A DNA stretch of 64,000 nucleotides from Proteobacteria bacterium UBA5122 (GTDB lineage Bacteria; Pseudomonadota; Gammaproteobacteria; Tenderiales; Tenderiaceae), in NCBI GenBank assembly GCA_002415485.1, contig DHYU01000071.1, forward strand, positions 389 through 64,388. The letters are read 5' to 3'. Shown piece by piece: positions 48,353 to 56,771 of this stretch (position 1 is the first letter of the stretch; each line of letters begins with the position of its first letter). Under the pieces are notes generated by a model. It ran no database searches. It was given only the letters and a program-made list of their open reading frames with translations, and was not told where the DNA came from. The translations under genes and the position numbers were made by a program.

Positions 48353-49939
48353 CTAGCCGTTCTTCTTGCCACTGGTAGAGACATGATAGTGCGGATCTTC
48401 CGACACATTGACCTCGACCAATTCACGCGCGTTCTGTAACAACATCTGGCACTCTGGACTCAGATGACGCAAGGTCAGCTTTTTACCTTCGGTCTGATAC
48501 TTTTTAGTGAGACTATCAATCGCCTCTATGCCGGTATGGTCGTATACACGCGAATGCATAAAGTCGATCGTCACGGCGTCCGGATCACCCTTGGGATCAA
48601 ACTGTTCAACAAAGTTTTTGGCCGAAGCAAAAAACAGCGGTCCATGCACTTTGTAATCTTTAGTCGTCACACCATCCTGTTCACTGATGCTGGACTCCAG
48701 AATAATCCGCTCCGCGTGCTGCCATGCAAACACCAAGGCAGAAACAATGACACCAGCGATGACCGCCACCGCCAAGTCAAACATCACGGTCAAGACCGTT
48801 ACCAACACCATGATGAAGCCATCGGCCTTGGTCATACCGCGCATGATGTTCCAGCTCGACCAGTTAAATGTCGCGATGACGACAAAGAACATTAAACCAA
48901 CCAAGGCACCAATCGGCACCATCTCGATCCACGATGACGCAATCAACACGATCACCAACAAACCTACCGCCGCAGTAATACCCGATAGGCGACCAGTGCC
49001 GCCGGAATTGACATTGATCATCGATTGACCGATCAACGCACAACCACCCATCGTGCCGAAGGTGCCCGCCGTACAATTGGCCGCGCCCAACGCGATACAC
49101 TCTTTGTTGGCCTTGCCACGTGTCTCAGTGATATCGTCGATCAAGGTCATGGTCAGCAGTGATTCCACCGAGCCGATGATGGTCAGGATCACCGCATAGG
49201 GCAGAATGATCCACAGGGTGGCCAGACTAAAGAAACCTTCCGGCAATGCGCCAAACCAGCTCAAGCCCTGAAAGCCACCCTCGACACCATCACCAAAGAT
49301 CAAGGATTCCAAGGTGCCGGAGACAGAGGCGCGATCGCCGACAGTCACGGCATTGATATCAAAGAACACCACCGCCAGTGAGACCAAGACGATGGCCGCC
49401 AATGCCGATGGCACCGCCTTGGTCAGACGTGGCAACAGATAGATAATCGCCATCGTTGCCGCGATGATCATACCCATCACCATCATCGCATCGTTCGACA
49501 ACCACTCGCCATTTGAGTCTTTAAACTGCGTGAACTGGGCGAAGAGAATGATCAAGGCCAAACCATTCACAAAGCCGAGCATGACCGGTGCGGGCACCAT
49601 GCGGATAAAACGCCCCCACTTCATCAGGCCAATAAATATCTGCAACATGCCCATCAAAATAACGGCGGCAAACAGATAAGAAGCGCCATGCTCCATCACC
49701 AGGTGCATCATCACCACCGCCAACGACCCCGCCGCCGCACTGACCATGCCCGGACGACCACCAAAGACCGAACAGATCAGGCCAACGATGATGGCCGCAT
49801 ACAGCCCCACCAACGGATGAACACCTGCGACAAAGGCAAACGCCACCGCCTCCGGCACCAAAGCAAGGGATACAGTAATCCCAGACAGGGTGTCATTCTT
49901 ATATTTCTGCCATTCAAATGGCTTGGCGTTGGTGCTCAT
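48353..49939 (-). CDS. SulP family anion transporter with C-terminal STAS domain
   Basis: DTLSGITVSLALVPEAVAFAFVAG, many TM segments, and STAS (YKVHGPLFFASAKNF). Confidence 0.9.
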   Translation of the reverse strand: MSTNAKPFEWQKYKNDTLSGITVSLALVPEAVAFAFVAGVHPLVGLYAAIIVGLICSVFGGRPGMVSAAAGSLAVVMMHLVMEHGASYLFAAVILMGMLQIFIGLMKWGRFIRMVPAPVMLGFVNGLALIILFAQFTQFKDSNGEWLSNDAMMVMGMIIAATMAIIYLLPRLTKAVPSALAAIVLVSLAVVFFDINAVTVGDRASVSGTLESLIFGDGVEGGFQGLSWFGALPEGFFSLATLWIILPYAVILTIIGSVESLLTMTLIDDITETRGKANKECIALGAANCTAGTFGTMGGCALIGQSMINVNSGGTGRLSGITAAVGLLVIVLIASSWIEMVPIGALVGLMFFVVIATFNWSSWNIMRGMTKADGFIMVLVTVLTVMFDLAVAVIAGVIVSALVFAWQHAERIILESSISEQDGVTTKDYKVHGPLFFASAKNFVEQFDPKGDPDAVTIDFMHSRVYDHTGIEAIDSLTKKYQTEGKKLTLRHLSPECQMLLQNARELVEVNVSEDPHYHVSTSGKKNG

Positions 49940-50145
49940 AACAAGTTCCTTCAGATCAATTCAGCATCATCCAACCGAACAGATCAGACGAAATTAGGGG
50001 GGAAGAAGCGCGGATTTTAACAAAAAGCGGCGGGAATACCGAATCCAGCCGCCAAACGGCAGCTCCAGAGCAAGCGAATTATGAATGAGATTTATTCAGC
50101 ACTTACCGCAAGCACCGGCGATAATTAACGGAATGATCTGACGAC

Positions 50146-51156
50146 TTAATTCTTTAAGTGCGCCAACAGCTGATTACGCAAGGCATTGGGCAACCCCTTG
50201 ATGGTCAACGTATCGCTCTCCTCGTCATACAACACCCGGCTGTGCAAGTGATAGGTGGAGAAACTGATGGACAGATCCTTGTCGCGCCCCATAAATTTCA
50301 CATAACGGCGCAACTCACGTCGATCGACCTTGATCTCCTCTTCACCTTTGGGATTGTACGGCGCCATCTCGCGTACAAATTTTTCGCAATCTATCCCTTC
50401 AAGTTCTTTGGATAAACCGGCAATCGTCACCGGCTCGTCCTTTTGCTCCTGACTCATGCAGTAATCAACCACCTTGGCACGGTAGTCATTCACCGCTTCT
50501 TGCGGCACCTGTTTGGCAAAGGCATCCACACCGGCAAGAAAACTTTGCGTGGCCTCAGTCGTATTCAAGCCATCGCCAAAGCCGGTAATGCCTGTGAACA
50601 ACTCGGCAAAGGGTGTGCTGCCACGCGGCGGCAAAAATGAAAGGTAGGCATAATTTTTACGCACCTTCCATTCAGACAGATCAACCTTAATACCCACCAT
50701 TGATGGACCCGTGTCGACCGAATAACTGGGCGTGACCTCTAAGGACTCGTTAATCGCCAGCGACTGACTTTGATTGACGATATATAAATAGAACACACTG
50801 TGATGATCACTCACCTGTTCCAGAAAAAACAGAAAATAGGCATCCAGCTCAATGTCACTTTCGTTCAGCCCATGCTCAAAGGCCTGCATCAAGACCACAC
50901 TCATTTGCGAAAACGAATGTGTCTCCGCCAGAAATTGTTCTAAGGCTGTTTGTAACAGAGAGGGCTCACCTTCATCAGCCGTTTTAAAACTGCCATGCTT
51001 GCGCGCCAGCCGTGATAAAAAACTGCGCTTTAATTCATCCAGCAAATCATCTTTATGATCGCTCAGCGCCAACTCATCAGAACGAAGATTCAAGGTCGCT
51101 GTTTGATCATCAATGCGACTCAAGTGGTGTGCAATTACATGGCTAATCGCCATCAT
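50146..51156 (-). CDS. yejK: Nucleoid-associated protein YejK/NdpA
   Basis: Collinear with E. coli YejK, including KVDLSEWK...YLSFL and the C-terminal DTLTIKGLPNALRNQL. Confidence 0.8.
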   Translation of the reverse strand: MMAISHVIAHHLSRIDDQTATLNLRSDELALSDHKDDLLDELKRSFLSRLARKHGSFKTADEGEPSLLQTALEQFLAETHSFSQMSVVLMQAFEHGLNESDIELDAYFLFFLEQVSDHHSVFYLYIVNQSQSLAINESLEVTPSYSVDTGPSMVGIKVDLSEWKVRKNYAYLSFLPPRGSTPFAELFTGITGFGDGLNTTEATQSFLAGVDAFAKQVPQEAVNDYRAKVVDYCMSQEQKDEPVTIAGLSKELEGIDCEKFVREMAPYNPKGEEEIKVDRRELRRYVKFMGRDKDLSISFSTYHLHSRVLYDEESDTLTIKGLPNALRNQLLAHLKN

Positions 51157-51251
51157 TCATCCTCGCCTACAAACCAATACACACATATACACTTAGGACC
51201 TGTTAGTGCAAACAACATCTTTATATTTTTACCTTCATCCAGCCAGCTCGA

Positions 51252-52262
51252 TTAGAGCAAACACGCCATCAACCGCGCACTCCAATTATCACTGATCTTG
51301 GCTGCAATAATCTCGATCCTACTCTCGCGGCATTCATCCAGCGCGAACGCCGACATCGTATCGGCTGCAATATTGCAAGCCCATGGCCCCTCGTCCGTGA
51401 TGAACACGCCCTTCACACGCTCGACATGTAAAGCGGCCAACACATCAATGAGTTGCGCCCGATTGAATACCTTATCTTCAGCAAAGCGCCAACCCACACT
51501 CTCAAATCCTTCACCGTGATTGATAGCCTGCACATAACCCACATCGGGAATCGGCATCTCATCCAATGAAGCATCATGATGGCTATGGGAATGATGATGA
51601 TCATGAACATCAGCATCTATGCCTATCGACTGCGCAGCGCCATCGAGATATGCAACATCGATCACGCCCTGTTGCGTAGTCAAGATAGACACCTGCGCCA
51701 AGCCCTTTTGCTGAACATATTTTTCTAGCGCTGCATAATCGGCCTGTTGATACAGGTCTCGTTTATTGCCGACGACCACATCTGCAATTTCGATCTGCTG
51801 ATTAAACACATCATTATCGGTGTAGCGTGCATCCGCAAGCTGGCGCGCATCGACCAAGACGATTGTGTTTTGTATAGACAACACGTCCTGAAAGTTTCGG
51901 TCAGACAGTACATGCAACACTTCTTTAGGGTGACCGAGTCCTGTGGGCTCAATCAGTAAACGATCAGGTTTAGCCTTGACCAGCAACTGAGTTAGGGCGA
52001 CCCGCATCGGCACACCCGCGGCACAGCACATACACCCACCCGGCACTTCACGCACAAACACACCCGATTCTTCCGTCGATTGCCCTTGCAAAAAACTGCC
52101 ATCGACACCTATCTCACCAAACTCATTCACCAACACCGCCCAGCGTTCATCGCTAGGCTTGTTTTTCAGCAGGTGCAAAATAGCGGAGGTTTTACCAACC
52201 CCAAGAAAACCGGTAATGATATTGGTAGGAACCTTGGACACTTTTAGACGAGCACTACTCAC
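51252..52262 (-). CDS. COG0523 (CobW/ZigA-like) metallochaperone GTPase
   Basis: P-loop GFLGVGKTS, the GCMCCA (CxCC) motif, and a His-rich insert DVHDHHHSHSHHD. Confidence 0.85.
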   Translation of the reverse strand: MSSARLKVSKVPTNIITGFLGVGKTSAILHLLKNKPSDERWAVLVNEFGEIGVDGSFLQGQSTEESGVFVREVPGGCMCCAAGVPMRVALTQLLVKAKPDRLLIEPTGLGHPKEVLHVLSDRNFQDVLSIQNTIVLVDARQLADARYTDNDVFNQQIEIADVVVGNKRDLYQQADYAALEKYVQQKGLAQVSILTTQQGVIDVAYLDGAAQSIGIDADVHDHHHSHSHHDASLDEMPIPDVGYVQAINHGEGFESVGWRFAEDKVFNRAQLIDVLAALHVERVKGVFITDEGPWACNIAADTMSAFALDECRESRIEIIAAKISDNWSARLMACLL

Positions 52263-52332
52263 ATCATATCCCCACTATACATACCCAGCCCTTACTCTCT
52301 GACACAACGAATAGGTATAAATATTTTCTTCA

Positions 52333-52755
52333 CTATGTACTAGGCCACAAGGCATCGCGTTTAAACGCATATAGAAACAAGCCCCGCAGCAGGAAGCCAT
52401 ACATCGTGAAATAAAATCCGATAAAGATCAGACGACCTATACCAATCTCACCCAAGTTCGCCGCCGTCTCTGGATTGTTAAGGGTCAAAAACGCCGAAAT
52501 CACACCCAGCGGAATCAATATGCTACTCAACGCTGCCAAACCTATGAAATAGATACGCCAAAAGCGTTGACTGGCAATGGTCTTATCAAAGGCCAAACCA
52601 TACAGGCCGGTCGAACCCAATCCCAACAAGGATAAACTGAACAGATTGATCGTGTCTTTCATGAGGTCATTGATGATCATCAGCACAATCAAAATGCCCC
52701 AGATATTAAAAATGATCTTCCAGAATTTGTTGGTCATGCTGGCCCTGTCGCTCAC
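52333..52755 (-). CDS. Hypothetical membrane protein
   Basis: 140 aa with four hydrophobic helices; no recognised family. Confidence 0.45.
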   Translation of the reverse strand: MSDRASMTNKFWKIIFNIWGILIVLMIINDLMKDTINLFSLSLLGLGSTGLYGLAFDKTIASQRFWRIYFIGLAALSSILIPLGVISAFLTLNNPETAANLGEIGIGRLIFIGFYFTMYGFLLRGLFLYAFKRDALWPST

Positions 52756-52881
52756 GGTGAATTGATATGGGCATTATGGTACCTCATACCCACCACAAGT
52801 TCAGGTGAGAATATGTCGGCTTGGGGGCCATCCCAGTCCGTTATTTCAACTGAAGAATCGTTCCACGGCTGCGTTAATACC

Positions 52882-52932
52882 AGGGCCTGTTAATACTAAT
52901 CAATGAATCGGTGATTAGTGTTAACAGGCCCT
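52882..52932. repeat. Inverted repeat, 21-bp arms (1 mismatch), 9-nt loop
   Basis: AGGGCCTGTTAATACTAATCA-atgaatcgg-TGATTAGTGTTAACAGGCCCT, in the intergenic region downstream of the 52945 gene. Confidence 0.6.
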
Positions 52933-52944
52933 AGCGATGATTCA

Positions 52945-53379
52945 CTATCTACCGCTTCGCGCCCGATAGCTGCCCAGCCCATGCAACACGCTGCCGCGCA
53001 CCGGCGCAGCTAAAAAGGCATTCTTCACAAATGCCCAAGTGAGTGGCACGGCACGATTCAGCGGCAACAACATCAACATTCGCGCCAGCAAACAATAACC
53101 AAACAACACCCGCGCTATCAAACCAAACGCCGGCACCCAATACAACCATTGCATGGACTCTGGATACGCGATCATCAGATATGCCAAAAAGGCCATCCTT
53201 ACCTGCACTGAAAACGCCAGCCATCGCCCCTCGTGCAAGACATAATGCAGCAGGTGCACGACCGACACCGCCATGGCCCACAGATAACCATCGAACACCC
53301 CGTATACCGACAGATTAAGCAGACAGGACAACACCAGCCAATACCACCAACCCAGGTCCTTATAATCAATCATCCACAT
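52945..53379 (-). CDS. Hypothetical membrane protein
   Basis: Start taken at MWMIDYKDLGWWYW; four hydrophobic segments. The longer 53481 start would overlap the tautomerase gene. Confidence 0.5.
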   Translation of the reverse strand: MWMIDYKDLGWWYWLVLSCLLNLSVYGVFDGYLWAMAVSVVHLLHYVLHEGRWLAFSVQVRMAFLAYLMIAYPESMQWLYWVPAFGLIARVLFGYCLLARMLMLLPLNRAVPLTWAFVKNAFLAAPVRGSVLHGLGSYRARSGR

Positions 53380-53443
53380 GGCCTGACCCTCGATTCTGGC
53401 AGACGACCGGGGGGGGCACCCCCCCTCCGGAATCTGCAATGAC

Positions 53444-53671
53444 TTAAGCTGCCGCGTCACCACGTTGCAGCGCATGCACATCCGCCGCCATCAACGGCTG
53501 ACCACCGATACCGAAACTGCCTTCCTTCACATCCTCGATAAATACCCAGGTCACACCGCGCATATTCTCGCCTTCGATCTCGACCATGGTGTTGGTCAGC
53601 TTCTCGATCATCAGCTTCTTTTGCTCAGCGGTGAACACGTTTTCGATCAGTTTTACATTGATAATAGGCAT
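53444..53671 (-). CDS. 4-oxalocrotonate tautomerase family protein
   Basis: N-terminal MPIINVKL (catalytic Pro1 context), about 75 aa. Confidence 0.8.
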   Translation of the reverse strand: MPIINVKLIENVFTAEQKKLMIEKLTNTMVEIEGENMRGVTWVFIEDVKEGSFGIGGQPLMAADVHALQRGDAAA

Positions 53672-53825
53672 GATTATTTCTCCTTAAATTTTGTAATTTT
53701 GCTCAGAGACTCCGTGCGTCTCTGGGAAAAATAGTAGCCAGCACAGGGTGTTATCGATACTTCCGATCTTGTAGTATCTAACTACTAGAATAGAAGTAAC
53801 CTACTACACAAAAAGGAGTGAGGAC

Positions 53826-54512
53826 GTGAGCTATGGCCAATTCTGCCCAATCTCAAAGGCGCTGGATGTCCTCGGTGAACGCTGGACACTACTCATCGTG
53901 CGCGAACTGCTGTTGGGCGCCACCCGCTTCAACGAACTGCAGCGCGGCCTGAGCCTGATCTCCCCCTCCATCCTCACCAAACGCCTCAACGACCTCGACA
54001 CCGCCGGCATCATCCTGCGCAAAAAGATCCCCGGCCAGAAAGGTCACGAATACCAGCTCACCGCCCGCGGCCGGGAACTGATGCCCGTCATCGAAGCCCT
54101 CGGCGTCTGGGGCATGCGCTGGGCACGCAGCAACATGCTCGACACCGAACTCGACATCGAACTATTGATGCTCTACCTCGAACGCAGCATCCAACGCGAC
54201 AAACTGCCCAGCGGCGAAACCGTCGTCCGCTTTCAATTCACCAATCTCGACAACTATCGAGACTGGTGGCTGATCGTCAAACCCGACCACACCGACATCT
54301 GCCTCAAAGACCCCGGCCGCGACGTCGACGTTTACTTCACCGTCGACCTACGCACCATGGTTGAACTGTGGATGGGCGACTGCAGCTATAAAAGCGCCAT
54401 CAACGACGGCCGTTTAAAACTTGTGGGACACACAGCACTCACCCGCAGCGTCACCGACTGGCTCGCGCTTGCAAGCTTTGCGCATGTAAGGAGTGCGGTG
54501 GAGATTGGTTAG
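53826..54512 (+). CDS. HxlR-family transcriptional regulator with C-terminal extension
   Basis: CPISKALDVLGERWTLLIVRELLLGATRFNELQRGL..ISPSILTKRL. GTG start 7 nt after AAGGAG. Confidence 0.85.
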   Translation: MSYGQFCPISKALDVLGERWTLLIVRELLLGATRFNELQRGLSLISPSILTKRLNDLDTAGIILRKKIPGQKGHEYQLTARGRELMPVIEALGVWGMRWARSNMLDTELDIELLMLYLERSIQRDKLPSGETVVRFQFTNLDNYRDWWLIVKPDHTDICLKDPGRDVDVYFTVDLRTMVELWMGDCSYKSAINDGRLKLVGHTALTRSVTDWLALASFAHVRSAVEIG

Positions 54513-54622
54513 CGATGATTGTTTACGCACGCGCCGACGTTCTTCCTTCGGGCGGGCGGTCGGGCGTCAAACCTCATTTGACCTACGGTCAAATCTTAAT
54601 GACTTAAACGAACCCCAATAAT

Positions 54623-54655
54623 AAAAAAGGCCCCCTCGATGAGGGAGCCTTTTTT
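54623..54655. terminator. Bidirectional rho-independent terminator
   Basis: A6-GGCCCCCTC-gat-GAGGGAGCC-T6. It sits immediately 3' of the tRNA remnant on the minus strand and downstream of the HxlR gene on the plus strand. Confidence 0.8.
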
Positions 54656-54662
54656 GGTTATA

Positions 54663-54708
54663 TGGCGCGCCCGAGAGGATTCGAACCTCTGACCTCAGCC
54701 TCCGGAGT
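54663..54708 (-). tRNA. 3' fragment (about 45 nt) of tRNA-Arg(CCG); not an intact gene, likely an island att repeat
   Basis: Minus strand reads CTCCGGAGGCTGAGGTCAGAGGTTCGAATCCTCTCGGGCGCGCCA: anticodon loop (CCG), variable loop, T-arm and 3' acceptor plus CCA, very close to E. coli argX. The 5' acceptor, D-arm and 5' strand of the anticodon stem are absent. Confidence 0.8.
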
Positions 54709-54959
54709 GGGTTAAAAGACATTTATCAAACAAGTACATACATTTCATCTTGTTGATTTTATTGCCTATTGACCGCCATTCAGAATTACAAAACACCACC
54801 AAAAACCGCTCGCAGTGTCCCAAATTTGTCCCAACATTTCAGCCTCGCAAACCGCCACTTAATCTGGAAATTCTTCAGTGTCGAGAAATATTAAAGGGCT
54901 GACCTTTGGCGCCCAATCCACTAGCGTTGGCACCGTACTACAACGAATGGTGTTTGACG

Positions 54960-55190
54960 ATGATGGATCAATATTACTCCGATAACGAGCTTGCCGATCT
55001 GCTGGGCATTTCGCTTTCGCGCTTGCGTGGCAAGATCTACCAGGGCGAGCCTCTACCTGCACGCATCCAGGTGCCCGGCAGCCGCACCCGGCTATGGCGC
55101 AAGCAGGATGTGCATGACTGGCTGGCGCAGTTTCGTACCGAAGACAGCCTGTTTGAGACGACGCGCCACGGCCGCAAGCTCAAGCGATGA
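54960..55190 (+). CDS. Small HTH DNA-binding protein (AlpA/MerR-like)
   Basis: SDNELADLLGISLSRLRGKIYQG...RLWRKQDVHDWL. ATG preferred to the TTG at 54906. Its stop overlaps the repA ATG (ATGA). Confidence 0.6.
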   Translation: MMDQYYSDNELADLLGISLSRLRGKIYQGEPLPARIQVPGSRTRLWRKQDVHDWLAQFRTEDSLFETTRHGRKLKR

Positions 55191-56056
55191 AGAAGCGTAG
55201 CTTTGACTATCTCTTCCACATCGCCGAACAGATCCAGCAACACAGTGCACTGCAAGCCGACAAGATCGCCTTTATCCCGCGCCTGATGGCAGGCACCTCC
55301 CTGCCGGTGCGCAAGCAGGAGGACAACGAGTTCATCCGCCGCAATGGCCGCCGTACCCTGAGCATGATCGCCAGCCGCGAGATCGGCCTGCCCTATGGTG
55401 CGATGCCGCGCCTGGCGCTCTGTACCATCACCACGCTGTGCAAACAGAGCCAGTCCCGCACCATTTTCCTCGGCAGTAGCGCACGGGCCTTTCTTGGGCA
55501 GATGGACAAGCGTTGCAGTGGCGGTAGCAATGGCTCACTGACCCATGCCCGTGATCAACTGAAGCGACTGCTAAGCTGCACCATCCAGATCACCGAAGAG
55601 TCTGACCAGCACTGGCGCATGGACTCACTGCGCCTGTCGCAAAGCGCCACTCTGTTATGGCAACCCTGCGCTCCGCAGCGCTGGCAAGCCCAGCTCACGT
55701 TGAGCGAGGAGTTCTATCAACACATCCAGCAGTTCGCCATTCCGGTGGACCTGCGCGTACTGCATGCCTGCGCCCACTATCCGCTGGCCATGGATCTCTA
55801 TGGCTGGCTCACCTATCGCTACTTCAGCCTGCGCCGCCCTACCCTCATCGAGTGGCGGGAGCTGATGCTTCAGTTCGGCAATCACTATCAGCGCGAGTCG
55901 CACTTCAAAGCCCACTTCCACCATGCTCTGGAACGAGTCGCGCTGTTCTATCCCCAGGCATTCTTTTTACTTCAGCCCAACGGACTTCTGCTCCTGCCTA
56001 GCCAGACACATATCCCGCCCAGGGATCTCAATCGCTTTCTCAAGCACGGTGCATAA
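55187..56056 (+). CDS. repA: Plasmid-type replication initiator RepA
   Basis: LPYGAMPRLALCTITT, PLAMDLYGWLTYR, W.ELMLQFG..Y and a terminal LLLLPS...IPP follow the layout I recall for plasmid/ICE RepA initiators. Iterons follow directly. Confidence 0.7.
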   Translation: MKKRSFDYLFHIAEQIQQHSALQADKIAFIPRLMAGTSLPVRKQEDNEFIRRNGRRTLSMIASREIGLPYGAMPRLALCTITTLCKQSQSRTIFLGSSARAFLGQMDKRCSGGSNGSLTHARDQLKRLLSCTIQITEESDQHWRMDSLRLSQSATLLWQPCAPQRWQAQLTLSEEFYQHIQQFAIPVDLRVLHACAHYPLAMDLYGWLTYRYFSLRRPTLIEWRELMLQFGNHYQRESHFKAHFHHALERVALFYPQAFFLLQPNGLLLLPSQTHIPPRDLNRFLKHGA

Positions 56057-56074
56057 CCCTGTGGAACACCCCAC

Positions 56075-56378
56075 TTATCCACGCATATAAGGTGACAACG
56101 GCTGCGCATACAAGGTGGTCAATGTGCGCATATAAGGTAACGCTTTGCGCATAAAAGGTGGCACAAGTGAGCATATAAGGTGGTGCGCAACCGCCGCCAG
56201 ACCTTGTGTATCAAGGCTTTCAAAGCTTCTCCTATAAGCCCTTTAAAGAGATAAAAATAATCTTCAGTTATTTGCGGCAGCAATTCGGTGGATAACCTTT
56301 GTCGGGCGGCGTTACCCACAGGGTCCACCGCCTGATCTGCTTGAGTGAGGAGCCATCAGCCCGTGGACTTGTGGATAA
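56075..56378. other. oriV-like region: DnaA boxes, iterons and an AT-rich tract
   Basis: TTATCCACg (56075-56083), the iterons, an AT-rich tract at 56243-56274, gGTGGATAA (56087-56095 of the 562xx line, i.e. 56287-56295), and a perfect TGTGGATAA (56370-56378). Confidence 0.65.
56081..56183 (+). repeat. Five iterons (consensus GCGCATATAAGGTGG) at 21-22 bp spacing
   Basis: Copies start near 56081, 56104, 56126, 56147 and 56169, i.e. two helical turns apart. Confidence 0.85.
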
Positions 56379-56396
56379 CGCTTTTGGTCTGCAGGA

Positions 56397-56771
56397 TCAG
56401 GTTGGTCGCTTGATTGGCCTTCCTTGCTTCAATTTGCCGCTCTCACCCGTGGGTCTGAGCCAGGGGCCTTGCAGCAGCGGCAACCAGTGTTCATCTGTTT
56501 GCAGTGCAAACACCAACAGACGCACCGTCAGCCAGTGGCGATAACGAGTACCTAGCGTGAGTGTTTTGGTCTGTTCGGTCAGATACCACCGTAGATGCTT
56601 GGCCTGCCATTGATACGGGCCCACCTGCCAGCGCCGCCAGATGCTCTCGGCGATTAGTTCGGCGCGTTGTAGATGGGCTTTTACCGTTCCGCGCCTTGAT
56701 CCGGGCAGACGCCTTACCAGAAGATCACGGGCAATACGGGCCGCTTGGTGTTGATTGGCGGGGTTGGCCAT
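56397..56771 (-). CDS. Hypothetical basic protein (124 aa)
   Basis: Start overlaps the stop of the upstream integrase-like gene (TGATG); no recognised family. Confidence 0.4.
   Translation of the reverse strand: MANPANQHQAARIARDLLVRRLPGSRRGTVKAHLQRAELIAESIWRRWQVGPYQWQAKHLRWYLTEQTKTLTLGTRYRHWLTVRLLVFALQTDEHWLPLLQGPWLRPTGESGKLKQGRPIKRPT

Noticed and set aside
54663-54745. An intact tRNA gene at the island boundary.
   Set aside because: Only the 3' 45 nt or so fit a tRNA. The expected 5' acceptor strand (GCGCCCG), D-arm and 5' strand of the anticodon stem are absent from the sequence upstream on the minus strand.
56081-56183. Regularly spaced 15-bp repeats considered as a mini CRISPR array.
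   Set aside because: The period is only 21-22 bp with 6-7 bp spacers. The repeats are imperfect, sit directly after repA and are flanked by DnaA boxes, so they are iterons. No cas genes are present.
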